From NCBI GenBank assembly GCA_963806635.1, contig CAWDZA010000023.1, positions 226,876 to 258,875 on the forward strand: a DNA stretch of 32,000 nucleotides, given 5' to 3'. Shown piece after piece: positions 24,341 to 32,000 of this stretch. Origin of the DNA: an uncultured Chloroflexia bacterium (GTDB taxonomy: Bacteria > Chloroflexota > Anaerolineae > Anaerolineales > Anaerolineaceae). The notes under the pieces were generated by a model. That model saw only the letters and a list, made by a program, of their open reading frames with translations. It was not told the origin of the DNA and ran no database searches. How positions within the stretch are numbered: position 1 is the first letter of the stretch; each line of letters opens with the position of its first letter. Both the position numbers and the translations under genes were made by a program.

Positions 24341-25441
24341 TTAAATAACCGGTTTTCCGTCTTTGTAGAACAGGTCCCCGTCCACGGTGATCTCGGCGTC
24401 ATTCATATCACAAAGCATATCCCAGTGGATGCCGCTCTCGTTTTTCGAACCGCTTTCGGGATAACCGCCGCCGACGGCCAAGTGAATGGTGCCGCCCAGC
24501 TTTTCATCGAAAAGCATGTTCTTTGTGAATTTGGGAATGCCATAATTGGTGCCGATACCGAATTCCCCCAGAATACGCGAACCAGCATCCGTGTTGAGCA
24601 GGGAGGTGAGGAGCTCGCCGTTTTTGCTGGCAGTCTCCTTAACCACCCGACCTTTTTCGAACCAGAGCTCGATATCGGTCACTTCCTGACCGTACTCGAT
24701 GGCGGGGTAGCGGAAGCGTACCCAGCCCTCCACCGAATCCTCAACCGGGCCTGTGAAAATCTCGCCATCCGGGAAGTTAAATTTGCCATCACAGGGGATG
24801 AACACCCGATCCTTGATTGAAAGGCGCAGATCAATGGAGGAACCCTTCAAGACCACCTGATTGCGCCCGTCCAGCCAGGTTACCAGTATTTTTTGTTTTT
24901 CACCCTCCGCTTTCCAGAAGGCAACCGGGTCCGGCTCGTTGAGCATGCAAGCCTGGTAGACGAACTCGGTGTAATCCGCCAGGCTCATATCCCCTTCCTG
25001 GGCCATGGCGTTATTGGGGTAAACCGTCAGGCACCAGCGCAGCTCCTTACGGGCAGCCCGGGTCATGAAGAGCTTATCCAGCTCAGCCTTGGCTTTGGCA
25101 GCGCGGGACATGCGCCCGGGGTTTACCCCGCTTAGAGCGCGGGTGTTATCCTCCGCCCAGATGCTGAGCACGGCATCCGCTTTTTCCACCAGCAGGCGGC
25201 GGGCCGGGTTGATAAAGTCCAACTGGGCATCCGAGGCGTACTTAAAGAAAATCTCGTCCGCACCCGGCAGGGAATTCTGGATAAAAACATTCGCCCCGGC
25301 TTTAACCCCTTCCTCCATCACCGCCAGCGAAAGCTCCTGGGCGATGGGATGTGTGCGAAGGTGGAATAAATCACCCTCCTTCAGGGCGAGTGAATATTGA
25401 ACCAGTACCTGGGCAAGCTTGATCACGCGGGGGTCAGGCAT
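24341..25441 (-). CDS. M29-family aminopeptidase (AmpS/aminopeptidase T-like)
   Basis: 366 aa. The C-terminal LGEFGIGTNYGI...LFDEKLGGTIHLAVGGGY...NESGIHWDM pattern is typical of M29. Confidence 0.8.
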   Translation of the reverse strand: MPDPRVIKLAQVLVQYSLALKEGDLFHLRTHPIAQELSLAVMEEGVKAGANVFIQNSLPGADEIFFKYASDAQLDFINPARRLLVEKADAVLSIWAEDNTRALSGVNPGRMSRAAKAKAELDKLFMTRAARKELRWCLTVYPNNAMAQEGDMSLADYTEFVYQACMLNEPDPVAFWKAEGEKQKILVTWLDGRNQVVLKGSSIDLRLSIKDRVFIPCDGKFNFPDGEIFTGPVEDSVEGWVRFRYPAIEYGQEVTDIELWFEKGRVVKETASKNGELLTSLLNTDAGSRILGEFGIGTNYGIPKFTKNMLFDEKLGGTIHLAVGGGYPESGSKNESGIHWDMLCDMNDAEITVDGDLFYKDGKPVI

Positions 25442-25589
25442 AACGATTCCTCCAAAAGAAAAATCAACGATCTTTGCGCAACTATATCACAAGCCAGGGG
25501 CTGGATTGAATGGCCGCGAGGCGCGCGGGATTGGATAGCCGCCGGATTTGGAGGTGAATCAGAGACGCTCCGTTGCTATAATACTTGGG

Positions 25590-26879
25590 ATGAACCTCAC
25601 TGACGAAATCCGCAGCCTGACCCGTGATTATCTGGACGCCTGGTGGGAGAGCTGCCCCGATTTCCCCAGCTTCCAAAGATCTTATTCCGAACCCGTTATT
25701 AAACATAACGATGGTTACCTGGACCGTATGTCTGACCTGGTGGTGAAGGAATTAAGGCATCTCCCATCCGGCGAAAAGGAACAGCAAGCCTTGCGGGAAC
25801 GATTAATGGGGCAAACACAGCCTTTCGTCCGGGAAACGCTTGGGCTTTCAGAGCAGCAGTTTCAGCTCATTCAGCGCAGTGGGTTCATAGATGTAGCCGC
25901 CCAGTTTGCGGCTGAGGCCCGGCGCTACGATCCCTCGCTGACCGACGCGGATATTTACCAGGCCTCCCGCAACGTAATGAGCATGAATTTCATGCAGCTC
26001 CTGCTGGGCTTGCCTGTGGAGCTCACCCCGGCAGTATTTGCCTACAGCTTGCTTTACCCCTATTCCGACAACCTCCTGGATGACCCCACAATTTCCCCGC
26101 AAGATAAGAACACTTTCGGCGGATGGTTTCACTCCATCCTGGTGGACCAGAACCCAGCTCCGCGGAACGAACGGGAAAGGCGAATCCGCGAGATGATCGA
26201 CATGGTCGAGCGGCAGTTCCCGCGGGATCGATTTCCGGCTGTTTATGAAAGCATGCTGGGTATCCACGCCGCTCAGAGCCTCAGCATGGAGTTGATGCGG
26301 GCAGCGGCATCCCCCTACGAGGCTGATGTGCTCGGGCTGAGTTTTGAGAAAGGGGGTGCTAGCGTGCTGGGGGATGGTTACCTGGTGGCGGGCGAACTGA
26401 CCGAATGGCAGCGCCGTTTCATGTTCGGTTATGGCTGCTTCACCCAATTGATGGACGACGTGGAGGATATCCGCACCGACCGGGAAGCTGGAATCGCGAC
26501 CATTTTTACACAAAGCGCCGGCCGCTGGGAGCTGGATGGCGTAACCAACCGGCTGTTCCATTTTGGAGAGGGCGTTTTTACCCAGATGGAGCGCTTCCCG
26601 GGCGAAGAGGCTGCGTTGCTGCGTTCGCTGGTTTGGGATTGCATCCAACCCGCCCTGATCGGCTCGTTGATCCGCAGCCATCAATACTATTCCCGCCCCT
26701 ACCTGGCGGCTTTGCAGACCCATTTTCCTTTTCACTTCAGAACTTTGGAGCGGCAGGAAAAAAAGCTCAAGCGCAACAAGGTCACGATCGTACGTCTGGT
26801 GGAGGCGGCTGGAAACCTGCCAGGGCAGCGGCAGGAAGGGCTGTTCTCTGAATCTGTACCGCAAATATTTCATACATAA
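25590..26879 (+). CDS. Hypothetical protein with class I isoprenoid-synthase-like Asp-rich motifs
   Basis: YPYSDNLLDD and FTQLMDDVEDIRTD resemble the two Asp-rich motifs of polyprenyl or terpene synthases. The ATG at 25590 lies 7 nt after TGcTATAAT (the ORF track starts at 25548). Confidence 0.5.
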   Translation: MNLTDEIRSLTRDYLDAWWESCPDFPSFQRSYSEPVIKHNDGYLDRMSDLVVKELRHLPSGEKEQQALRERLMGQTQPFVRETLGLSEQQFQLIQRSGFIDVAAQFAAEARRYDPSLTDADIYQASRNVMSMNFMQLLLGLPVELTPAVFAYSLLYPYSDNLLDDPTISPQDKNTFGGWFHSILVDQNPAPRNERERRIREMIDMVERQFPRDRFPAVYESMLGIHAAQSLSMELMRAAASPYEADVLGLSFEKGGASVLGDGYLVAGELTEWQRRFMFGYGCFTQLMDDVEDIRTDREAGIATIFTQSAGRWELDGVTNRLFHFGEGVFTQMERFPGEEAALLRSLVWDCIQPALIGSLIRSHQYYSRPYLAALQTHFPFHFRTLERQEKKLKRNKVTIVRLVEAAGNLPGQRQEGLFSESVPQIFHT

Positions 26880-26923
26880 TTTACCGATCTTGGTGAGGAC
26901 CTATACTAATCAGGAGAGATAAA

Positions 26924-27901
26924 ATGGTCACACGGATGGAAGAATTGCTTGAAGTTCTACGCGTCCCCCCCGGCAAAAAGGTTGATCTGCGCAAGGATTA
27001 TGATCCCAGCTTTACCGGAAAGTGGATGGGGAAGGAGGAAGCCGAGGAAACCCTGGCAGAGGGCGTGCAGTTGCTTGCCCAGGAACAGGATAAGCTCTAC
27101 GCGCAGGATAACTACGCCGTGCTGATGATCCTGCAGGCCATGGACGCCGCAGGCAAGGATGGCACCATCAAGCACGTTATGTCTGGTGTGAATCCCCAGG
27201 GCGTGGATGTGCACAGTTATAAAGCGCCCGCCGGAGATGAATTGGATCATGATTTCATGTGGCGGCACTTTCGCGACCTGCCCCGCCGCGGGCATGTCGG
27301 CATTTTCAACAGGTCATATTATGAAGAGGTGCTTGTCGTCCGCGTACACCCCGAATACCTGCAGGGGCAAAAACTTCCTCCGCGCCTGAAGACAAAGAAC
27401 ATCTGGAAACAGCGTTTTGAGCAGATCAATTATTTCGAGAAATACCTGGTGGAGAACGGTATCGTTGTGTTAAAAATGTTCCTCCACGTTTCCAAAGAGG
27501 AGCAAGGCAGGCGATTTCAGGACCGTGCTACCCAGCCGGAGAAGAACTGGAAATTTTCTGCGGCAGATATGAAGGAACGCGACCGCTGGGAAGATTACAT
27601 GGATGCTTATGAGGATGTGTTCAACCACACCAGCACCGAATGGGCGCCCTGGTATATCGTCCCCGCCGATAACAAATGGTTCACCCGCCTTGCAGTGGCG
27701 GCCGTGCTTTACCACACCATGAAGAACCTCGATCTCGCCTACCCTGTGGTGAGCCCCGAGCAGAAGAAAGCCCTGGAACTGGCCAGCTTTGAACTGGAGA
27801 AGCAGGGGATCATCGCCGATCCCGTTGAAAAAGAACAAAAAAAGGAAAAGAAAGATCCTTATTCCCCAAAGAAAAAGAAAAAAGGAAAAAAGAAGAAGTA
27901 A
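26924..27901 (+). CDS. ppk2: Polyphosphate kinase 2 (single-domain PPK2) with a poly-lysine C-terminal tail
   Basis: LMILQAMDAAGKDGTIKHV (Walker A-like), DHDFMWRHFRDLPRRGHVGIFNRSYYEEVLVVRVH, and AGGAGA RBS. Confidence 0.85.
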   Translation: MVTRMEELLEVLRVPPGKKVDLRKDYDPSFTGKWMGKEEAEETLAEGVQLLAQEQDKLYAQDNYAVLMILQAMDAAGKDGTIKHVMSGVNPQGVDVHSYKAPAGDELDHDFMWRHFRDLPRRGHVGIFNRSYYEEVLVVRVHPEYLQGQKLPPRLKTKNIWKQRFEQINYFEKYLVENGIVVLKMFLHVSKEEQGRRFQDRATQPEKNWKFSAADMKERDRWEDYMDAYEDVFNHTSTEWAPWYIVPADNKWFTRLAVAAVLYHTMKNLDLAYPVVSPEQKKALELASFELEKQGIIADPVEKEQKKEKKDPYSPKKKKKGKKKK

Positions 27902-27941
27902 TGGCTTTGCTCATCCAACCTCAGCGACTCATTCGGTATAA

Positions 27942-28631
27942 ATGACTGAAAAGCAGGGCGCGCAAAATTTGAACGCGCCGATATCCCGGCGAAAATTCTT
28001 ACTCGCCTCTGGAGCGGCTGCCGGAATAACGCTGATTGCGGCAGGCTGCTCCTCTGCATCCCGGCGCACGGATGGGCAAATCCACTGGGTTAATCAAACA
28101 TACGGAGAGGAAAATAAGATGGCAGAAAAGGTGTTGGTAGCGTATGCAAGCCGGACGGGATCCACGGCGGGGGTTGCGGATGCCATTGCCCGGACCCTGG
28201 CGGCCAAAGGCAGCCAGGTGGAAGTGAAACAAATGACGGAGGTAACTGACCTTGGCCAGTATCGCGCCGTGGTGGCGGGCAGCGCGATCCGCGGGCAGAA
28301 ATGGCTTCCGGAGGCCATGGACTTCCTGGAGGCCAACAAGCTTGAACTGGTCCGAAAACCCTTTGCCGACTTTATGGTTTGCATAACCCTGGCGATGAAA
28401 AATGGGGAGAGCTATCGGGAGGGCGTGAAGGATTGGATGGCTCCCGTGCGAAGAACCGTAAAACCGTTCAGTGAGGGGTATTTCGCCGGCGCGCTGGATC
28501 TTTCCAAATTATCCGGCATGGATAAGGTGAAAATGGGACTAGCCGCGAGCCTGGGTGTTTTTCCCAAAGGCGATCACCGGGATTGGAAAGCCATCGAAAC
28601 CTGGGCGGAGGGCATCGCCGGGTCGTTATAA
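27942..28631 (+). CDS. Tat-signal lipoprotein with a flavodoxin-like domain
   Basis: ISRRKFLLASGAAAGITLIAAGCSS gives a twin-arginine motif plus lipobox. KVLVAYASRTGSTAGVADAIARTL is a flavodoxin-type N-terminus. Confidence 0.7.
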   Translation: MTEKQGAQNLNAPISRRKFLLASGAAAGITLIAAGCSSASRRTDGQIHWVNQTYGEENKMAEKVLVAYASRTGSTAGVADAIARTLAAKGSQVEVKQMTEVTDLGQYRAVVAGSAIRGQKWLPEAMDFLEANKLELVRKPFADFMVCITLAMKNGESYREGVKDWMAPVRRTVKPFSEGYFAGALDLSKLSGMDKVKMGLAASLGVFPKGDHRDWKAIETWAEGIAGSL

Positions 28632-28832
28632 CCCGATATGCCGTAGACCAAATCCCCTGAAAAATGGTGTCATATAACAATAGTTATCGAAAGCAATAAT
28701 CCGGAGGATGTTGGATAGCCTTACCAAATTGAAAGGACGATTGCCTTTTCCCGCATGTACAATTGATGTATGCTATTATGCAGGAAAATATCTCAATTTA
28801 TTATGATTTTTTGGGCATAAGAGGATAGTAAT

Positions 28833-29783
28833 ATGGCCGACATGAAAATTTTCTTCGCGACGGATCTGCATGGTTCGGATGCTGCTTTCCGGAAATTCCT
28901 CAATGCTGCACAGGTATATAAACCCGACGTGATGATCCTTGGCGGAGATATGACCGGGCGGCAGGTGGTCCCTTTCATAAAGTTTGCCAATGGCAAGGCC
29001 GCCTTCACCTGGCAGGGCAAAGATATCACCGCCGAGCCGGATGAGATTCCCAACTATGCCCGCCAGATCCGCTCCGCCGGAGCCTATCCCTTTTTCACCA
29101 CGCCCGACCAATTTACTCAGCTAAAAAGCAACCCCAATGATTTAAAGAGAACTTACCGCGAGACGATATGCTACTCGGTTCTCGAATGGATCGAGATGGC
29201 GGATGACCGCCTGGGGAAAGCCGGGATCGAGTGCTATTTCCTACCCGGCAACGATGATGACCTGCTGGTGGATGAAACCTTCTATAAAGCCCAGTGGGTG
29301 AAGAACCCCGAGGGCAAGGTGGTGATCCTGCGCGGCGAATACGAAATGATCTCCACCGGTTTCACCAACCTGAACCCCTGGCGCTCCTTCCGCGAGCTTA
29401 ACGAGGATCAACTGCTGGAAAAACTGGAGGGCATGGCCGGCAGACTTAACCTACCTTCACGGGCCATCTTCAATTTCCACTGCCCGCCTTATAAGACTGA
29501 TCTGGATTATGGAATCCTGCTGGATTCCAACCTTAACCCGATCGGCGGGGAGGGCAATGAGCAGGGTGGTCCGCTGGGCAGTAAGGCAGTCCGGCAGATC
29601 ATAGAAACCTATCAGCCTCTGCTCAGCCTGCACGGGCATGTACCCGAAAGCAGCGGGATCATTAAAATGAACAAGACGGTCTGCGTCAACCCCGGCAGCG
29701 AGGCCGAAGAAGGCGCCTTACACGCCGCGCTGGTCGTGGTGGATAGCCAGCGGGTGAAAGGCCACATGCTCACAAATTCCTGA
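28833..29783 (+). CDS. Calcineurin-like metallophosphoesterase
   Basis: KIFFATDLHGS, MILGGDMTG, FLPGNDD and LSLHGHVPES are the metallophosphoesterase motifs. Confidence 0.8.
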   Translation: MADMKIFFATDLHGSDAAFRKFLNAAQVYKPDVMILGGDMTGRQVVPFIKFANGKAAFTWQGKDITAEPDEIPNYARQIRSAGAYPFFTTPDQFTQLKSNPNDLKRTYRETICYSVLEWIEMADDRLGKAGIECYFLPGNDDDLLVDETFYKAQWVKNPEGKVVILRGEYEMISTGFTNLNPWRSFRELNEDQLLEKLEGMAGRLNLPSRAIFNFHCPPYKTDLDYGILLDSNLNPIGGEGNEQGGPLGSKAVRQIIETYQPLLSLHGHVPESSGIIKMNKTVCVNPGSEAEEGALHAALVVVDSQRVKGHMLTNS

Positions 29784-29818
29784 GGTATTGAATTAGCAGA
29801 TTCTTCGCAAACGAGAGA

Positions 29819-29851
29819 CAAAAAAAACCAGCGGTATGCCGCTGGTTTTTT
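29819..29851. terminator. Bidirectional rho-independent terminator
   Basis: A-run, CCAGCGG-tatg-CCGCTGG, T-run. It lies between convergent genes. Confidence 0.8.
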
Positions 29852-29867
29852 ATTGGGGTGGTACAAG

Positions 29868-30257
29868 TTACTTTTTCTGTACTTCGGTTCCGAAGGCTCT
29901 GCGGGTACTGGGGAGCATCACGTAGAGCAGGATCAGGCCATTCAAAATGAATGAGGCGCTGACATCGTTAAAAACTGCGGGAGTGCTTGCCAATGAGAAA
30001 ACTTCGAAGATCAGATTGATGGTGGTGATCGCTGCCAGGAAGAGCCAGGCCTGGGGATTTACAGCCCACAACATCTGAACCAGCCAGATATAGATATAGG
30101 CAAGCAGACCCCACATAAAGGCGTTCCAGATATTGGCGCCAAAGGGCGAGAAGAGGCCCAATGATTTCAGGGCGAAGTATAGCGAAATCGCGGCCATTAC
30201 GCCAGCCAGGATGGCCAGCACGGTTACAACAAACGGGCGTTTCTTAGTTTCAGTCAT
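29868..30257 (-). CDS. Small integral membrane protein (about 4 TM helices)
   Basis: 129 aa with four hydrophobic stretches. No family recognised. Confidence 0.55.
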   Translation of the reverse strand: MTETKKRPFVVTVLAILAGVMAAISLYFALKSLGLFSPFGANIWNAFMWGLLAYIYIWLVQMLWAVNPQAWLFLAAITTINLIFEVFSLASTPAVFNDVSASFILNGLILLYVMLPSTRRAFGTEVQKK

Positions 30258-30365
30258 TCATTCCTCCGATTAAATTTTGGATATCTTATTATAAAACACC
30301 CTGATTGAAAATAGTTCCGCCAATATTTAGAGGGTTATAATCCTGTTTATTCAAAAGGCGGAGCC

Positions 30366-30785
30366 ATGTCCTTCACATCCTATAAAACATATCATCTGGT
30401 AAAAAGCGAAGATCTCAACCACCACGGCACCCTCTACGCGGGGCGGACGGCGGAATGGTTCGTAGAATCCGGGTTCGTGTCCGCAGCCAGCCTGACCAAA
30501 CCGGAAAATATCGTCTGCCTGAAAATCCACGGCATGCTCTTCAGCCACCCCGTCCATAAGGGTGACCTGATCAGCTTCGAAAGCAGCATTGTGTATGCGG
30601 GAACAGCTTCTTTGATTGCCCATATCGTTTCGTGTGTCAAGGAGACAGTCGTCGTGGAAGGATTCATCACTTTCATTCATGTCGATCTGCAGGGCAAGAC
30701 CATCCCCCACGGCGTCAAAGTAACTCCAACTACCCCTGAAGAAACAGCTCTATACGACAAGGCAAAAGCCCTACCCAAATCTTGA
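30366..30785 (+). CDS. Hotdog-fold acyl-CoA thioesterase
   Basis: VKSEDLNHHGTLYAGRTAEWFVESGF is typical of acyl-CoA hydrolase/thioesterase hotdog proteins. Confidence 0.75.
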   Translation: MSFTSYKTYHLVKSEDLNHHGTLYAGRTAEWFVESGFVSAASLTKPENIVCLKIHGMLFSHPVHKGDLISFESSIVYAGTASLIAHIVSCVKETVVVEGFITFIHVDLQGKTIPHGVKVTPTTPEETALYDKAKALPKS

Positions 30786-30804
30786 GAATATATAATGAAA
30801 TTAC

Positions 30805-30835
30805 ACCGCCCGGAAATTCTCCGGGCGGTTTTTTC
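30805..30835 (+). terminator. Rho-independent terminator
   Basis: ACCGCCCGGA-aattc-TCCGGGCGGT followed by TTTTTC. Confidence 0.8.
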
Positions 30836-31263
30836 TACATATCGTGTGACATGATCATCAGGTTGCCCCGCCGGAACCATCCGGCAGCTTCCCAAAAACC
30901 CAAGCCGGTTTCGTTGTCGGTATAGACGAAGATATGGCAGCGGGTGATCCCTTCAGCCACCAGTGCATTGAGACAGCGATCCACCAGCCCCCGGCCGATC
31001 CCCATATGGCGGGCATCCGGCGCAACCGCCAGATGCTGCAGGTATCCCCTGCGCCCGTCGTGACCGCCAAGGATAGCGCCCACCAGTTTGGCATTGATGC
31101 GGGCTTTGAAGCTGAACCCGGGATTGCGTTTTAAGTATTTTCCGATCGCTTCTGGAGAATCCGCGGCGCTCAAGCCGATCCCGGGCATCCCGTCCCACAG
31201 CGCACACACTTCCGGGTAGTCCGCCATGATGATGGGTGAATATTCGACTTTGGACTCAGTCAT
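30835..31263 (-). CDS. GNAT-family N-acetyltransferase
   Basis: GYLQHLAVAPDARHMGIGRGLV is the GNAT motif A. ATG at 31263 with a GGAGAGGA RBS. The ORF-track extension to 31371 overlaps the upstream gene and looks spurious. Confidence 0.8.
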   Translation of the reverse strand: MTESKVEYSPIIMADYPEVCALWDGMPGIGLSAADSPEAIGKYLKRNPGFSFKARINAKLVGAILGGHDGRRGYLQHLAVAPDARHMGIGRGLVDRCLNALVAEGITRCHIFVYTDNETGLGFWEAAGWFRRGNLMIMSHDM

Positions 31264-31285
31264 TCCGGTTTTCCTCTCCCGAATT

Positions 31286-32000
31286 CTACACCCCCACCAG
31301 GCGGGCAAGCAGGTTGGGTCTGGGGGTGAGGGCGCCATGCGGGCAAACCTCCACACAGCACATGCAACCAATGCACTTTGAAAGGTTGAATGTGGCGGTG
31401 TCTTGAATTGTGATCACATCCGCAGGGCAGGATTCGGCGCAGGTGCCGCAGGCGGTGCACTTTGTGGGGTCGATCTGTGGCTGCAGCTTGATCTTTTCCT
31501 GTATGGGGGCTGTAAACCAGGAGGGCATATCCAGGAACCAGCGTGCTTTGGGAAGGTCGAGCCTTCCAAGCTGCAGGATAGTGCGGTCCCCGGCAAGGTG
31601 AATAAGCTCCGGGTGATGATTCCCCAGTCCGCGTTCTTCCGCTTGCGCCAGGTGAACCACACCCCCTGTGGAGAATCCCATTGCCCCAGCCAGAACGCTA
31701 TCCAGCGCAACCGCATCGGTAGAAGCTGCCAGCAGGTTGTAAGCATGCGGGGTGCCACTGGTACCCGGCCCATTACCCTCCATGCCGAGGATGCCATCCA
31801 TGATGTTGAGCTGTGGTTTCACCAGCCCTAAAATATCCACCAGCGCCCGGCTGAATTCAGTCACCCCCGGTGCGCGGACGTGGATCTCGCGCTTGCGCCC
31901 GCCTGGCAGCACGCCAAGCAGGTTCTTGACCGCGCCGGTGTAGCGGGTGAGGGTATGGGTCTTCATTTTCGGCAGATTGATGACCAGGTCGGCATCCAGC
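31286..32000 (-). CDS. DUF362-type protein with C-terminal 2x[4Fe-4S] ferredoxin domain (5' end beyond the window)
   Basis: CTACGTCAESCP and CIGCMCCVEVCP motifs. The frame stays open upstream of the listed Met to the window edge (...LDADLVINLPKMKTHT). Confidence 0.7.
   Translation of the reverse strand, partial: LDADLVINLPKMKTHTLTRYTGAVKNLLGVLPGGRKREIHVRAPGVTEFSRALVDILGLVKPQLNIMDGILGMEGNGPGTSGTPHAYNLLAASTDAVALDSVLAGAMGFSTGGVVHLAQAEERGLGNHHPELIHLAGDRTILQLGRLDLPKARWFLDMPSWFTAPIQEKIKLQPQIDPTKCTACGTCAESCPADVITIQDTATFNLSKCIGCMCCVEVCPHGALTPRPNLLARLVGV

Noticed and set aside
25848-26873. 341-aa minus-strand ORF antisense to the 443-aa gene
   Set aside because: Its composition is skewed (His/Gln/Arg/Gly). 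The plus-strand product has coherent motifs and a promoter at its start, so I retained the plus strand.

Overview
Bacterial window with about 40 genes and, by eye, very uneven GC: single 60-nt lines give about 43% near 21.8 kb and about 75% near 16.6 kb. GGAGG-type RBSs are common. There are four blocks.

(1) 1-6.6 kb is a plasmid/chromid-style maintenance and replication module. It holds an 8-copy centromere-like repeat array with a 25-bp period, parA plus an RHH protein, parA plus parB, an ExeA/AAA_22-type ATPase, a small RHH-like protein, and a replication-initiator-like gene (DnaA domain I plus wHTH). Two copies of the palindrome GTAACCGCGGTTAC bracket part of it.

(2) 6.8-18.2 kb holds lipoproteins, several decayed genes, and a glycerol/DHAP-type cluster: FGGY kinase, AGPS-like FAD oxidase, glpD and a FadR-like regulator.

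(3) 18.3-24.3 kb is one co-linear minus-strand supercluster made of three units:
- arsR-hgcA-hgcB, the mercury-methylation corrinoid protein with its ferredoxin. The NVWCAAGK motif is read directly from the sequence.
- trx-like, arsC and acr3.
- An ArsR-headed operon encoding a GcvH-like lipoyl carrier, two DGC-domain Cys proteins and a one-Cys OsmC-like protein. I cannot match this to a described system, and it is my best candidate for something new.

(4) 24.3-32 kb holds an M29 aminopeptidase, an isoprenoid-synthase-like protein, PPK2, a Tat-exported flavodoxin-like lipoprotein, a metallophosphoesterase, a thioesterase, a GNAT and a DUF362 Fe-S protein.

Six genes are interrupted by single-nucleotide indels: rep, SGNH hydrolase, a secreted protein, proC, glpD and acr3. 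Two further genes, a GIY-YIG nuclease and an ABC permease, survive only as truncated remnants. This is either real gene decay or indel-type assembly error and must be resolved before any functional claim. No rRNA, tRNA, CRISPR array or transposase was recognised.
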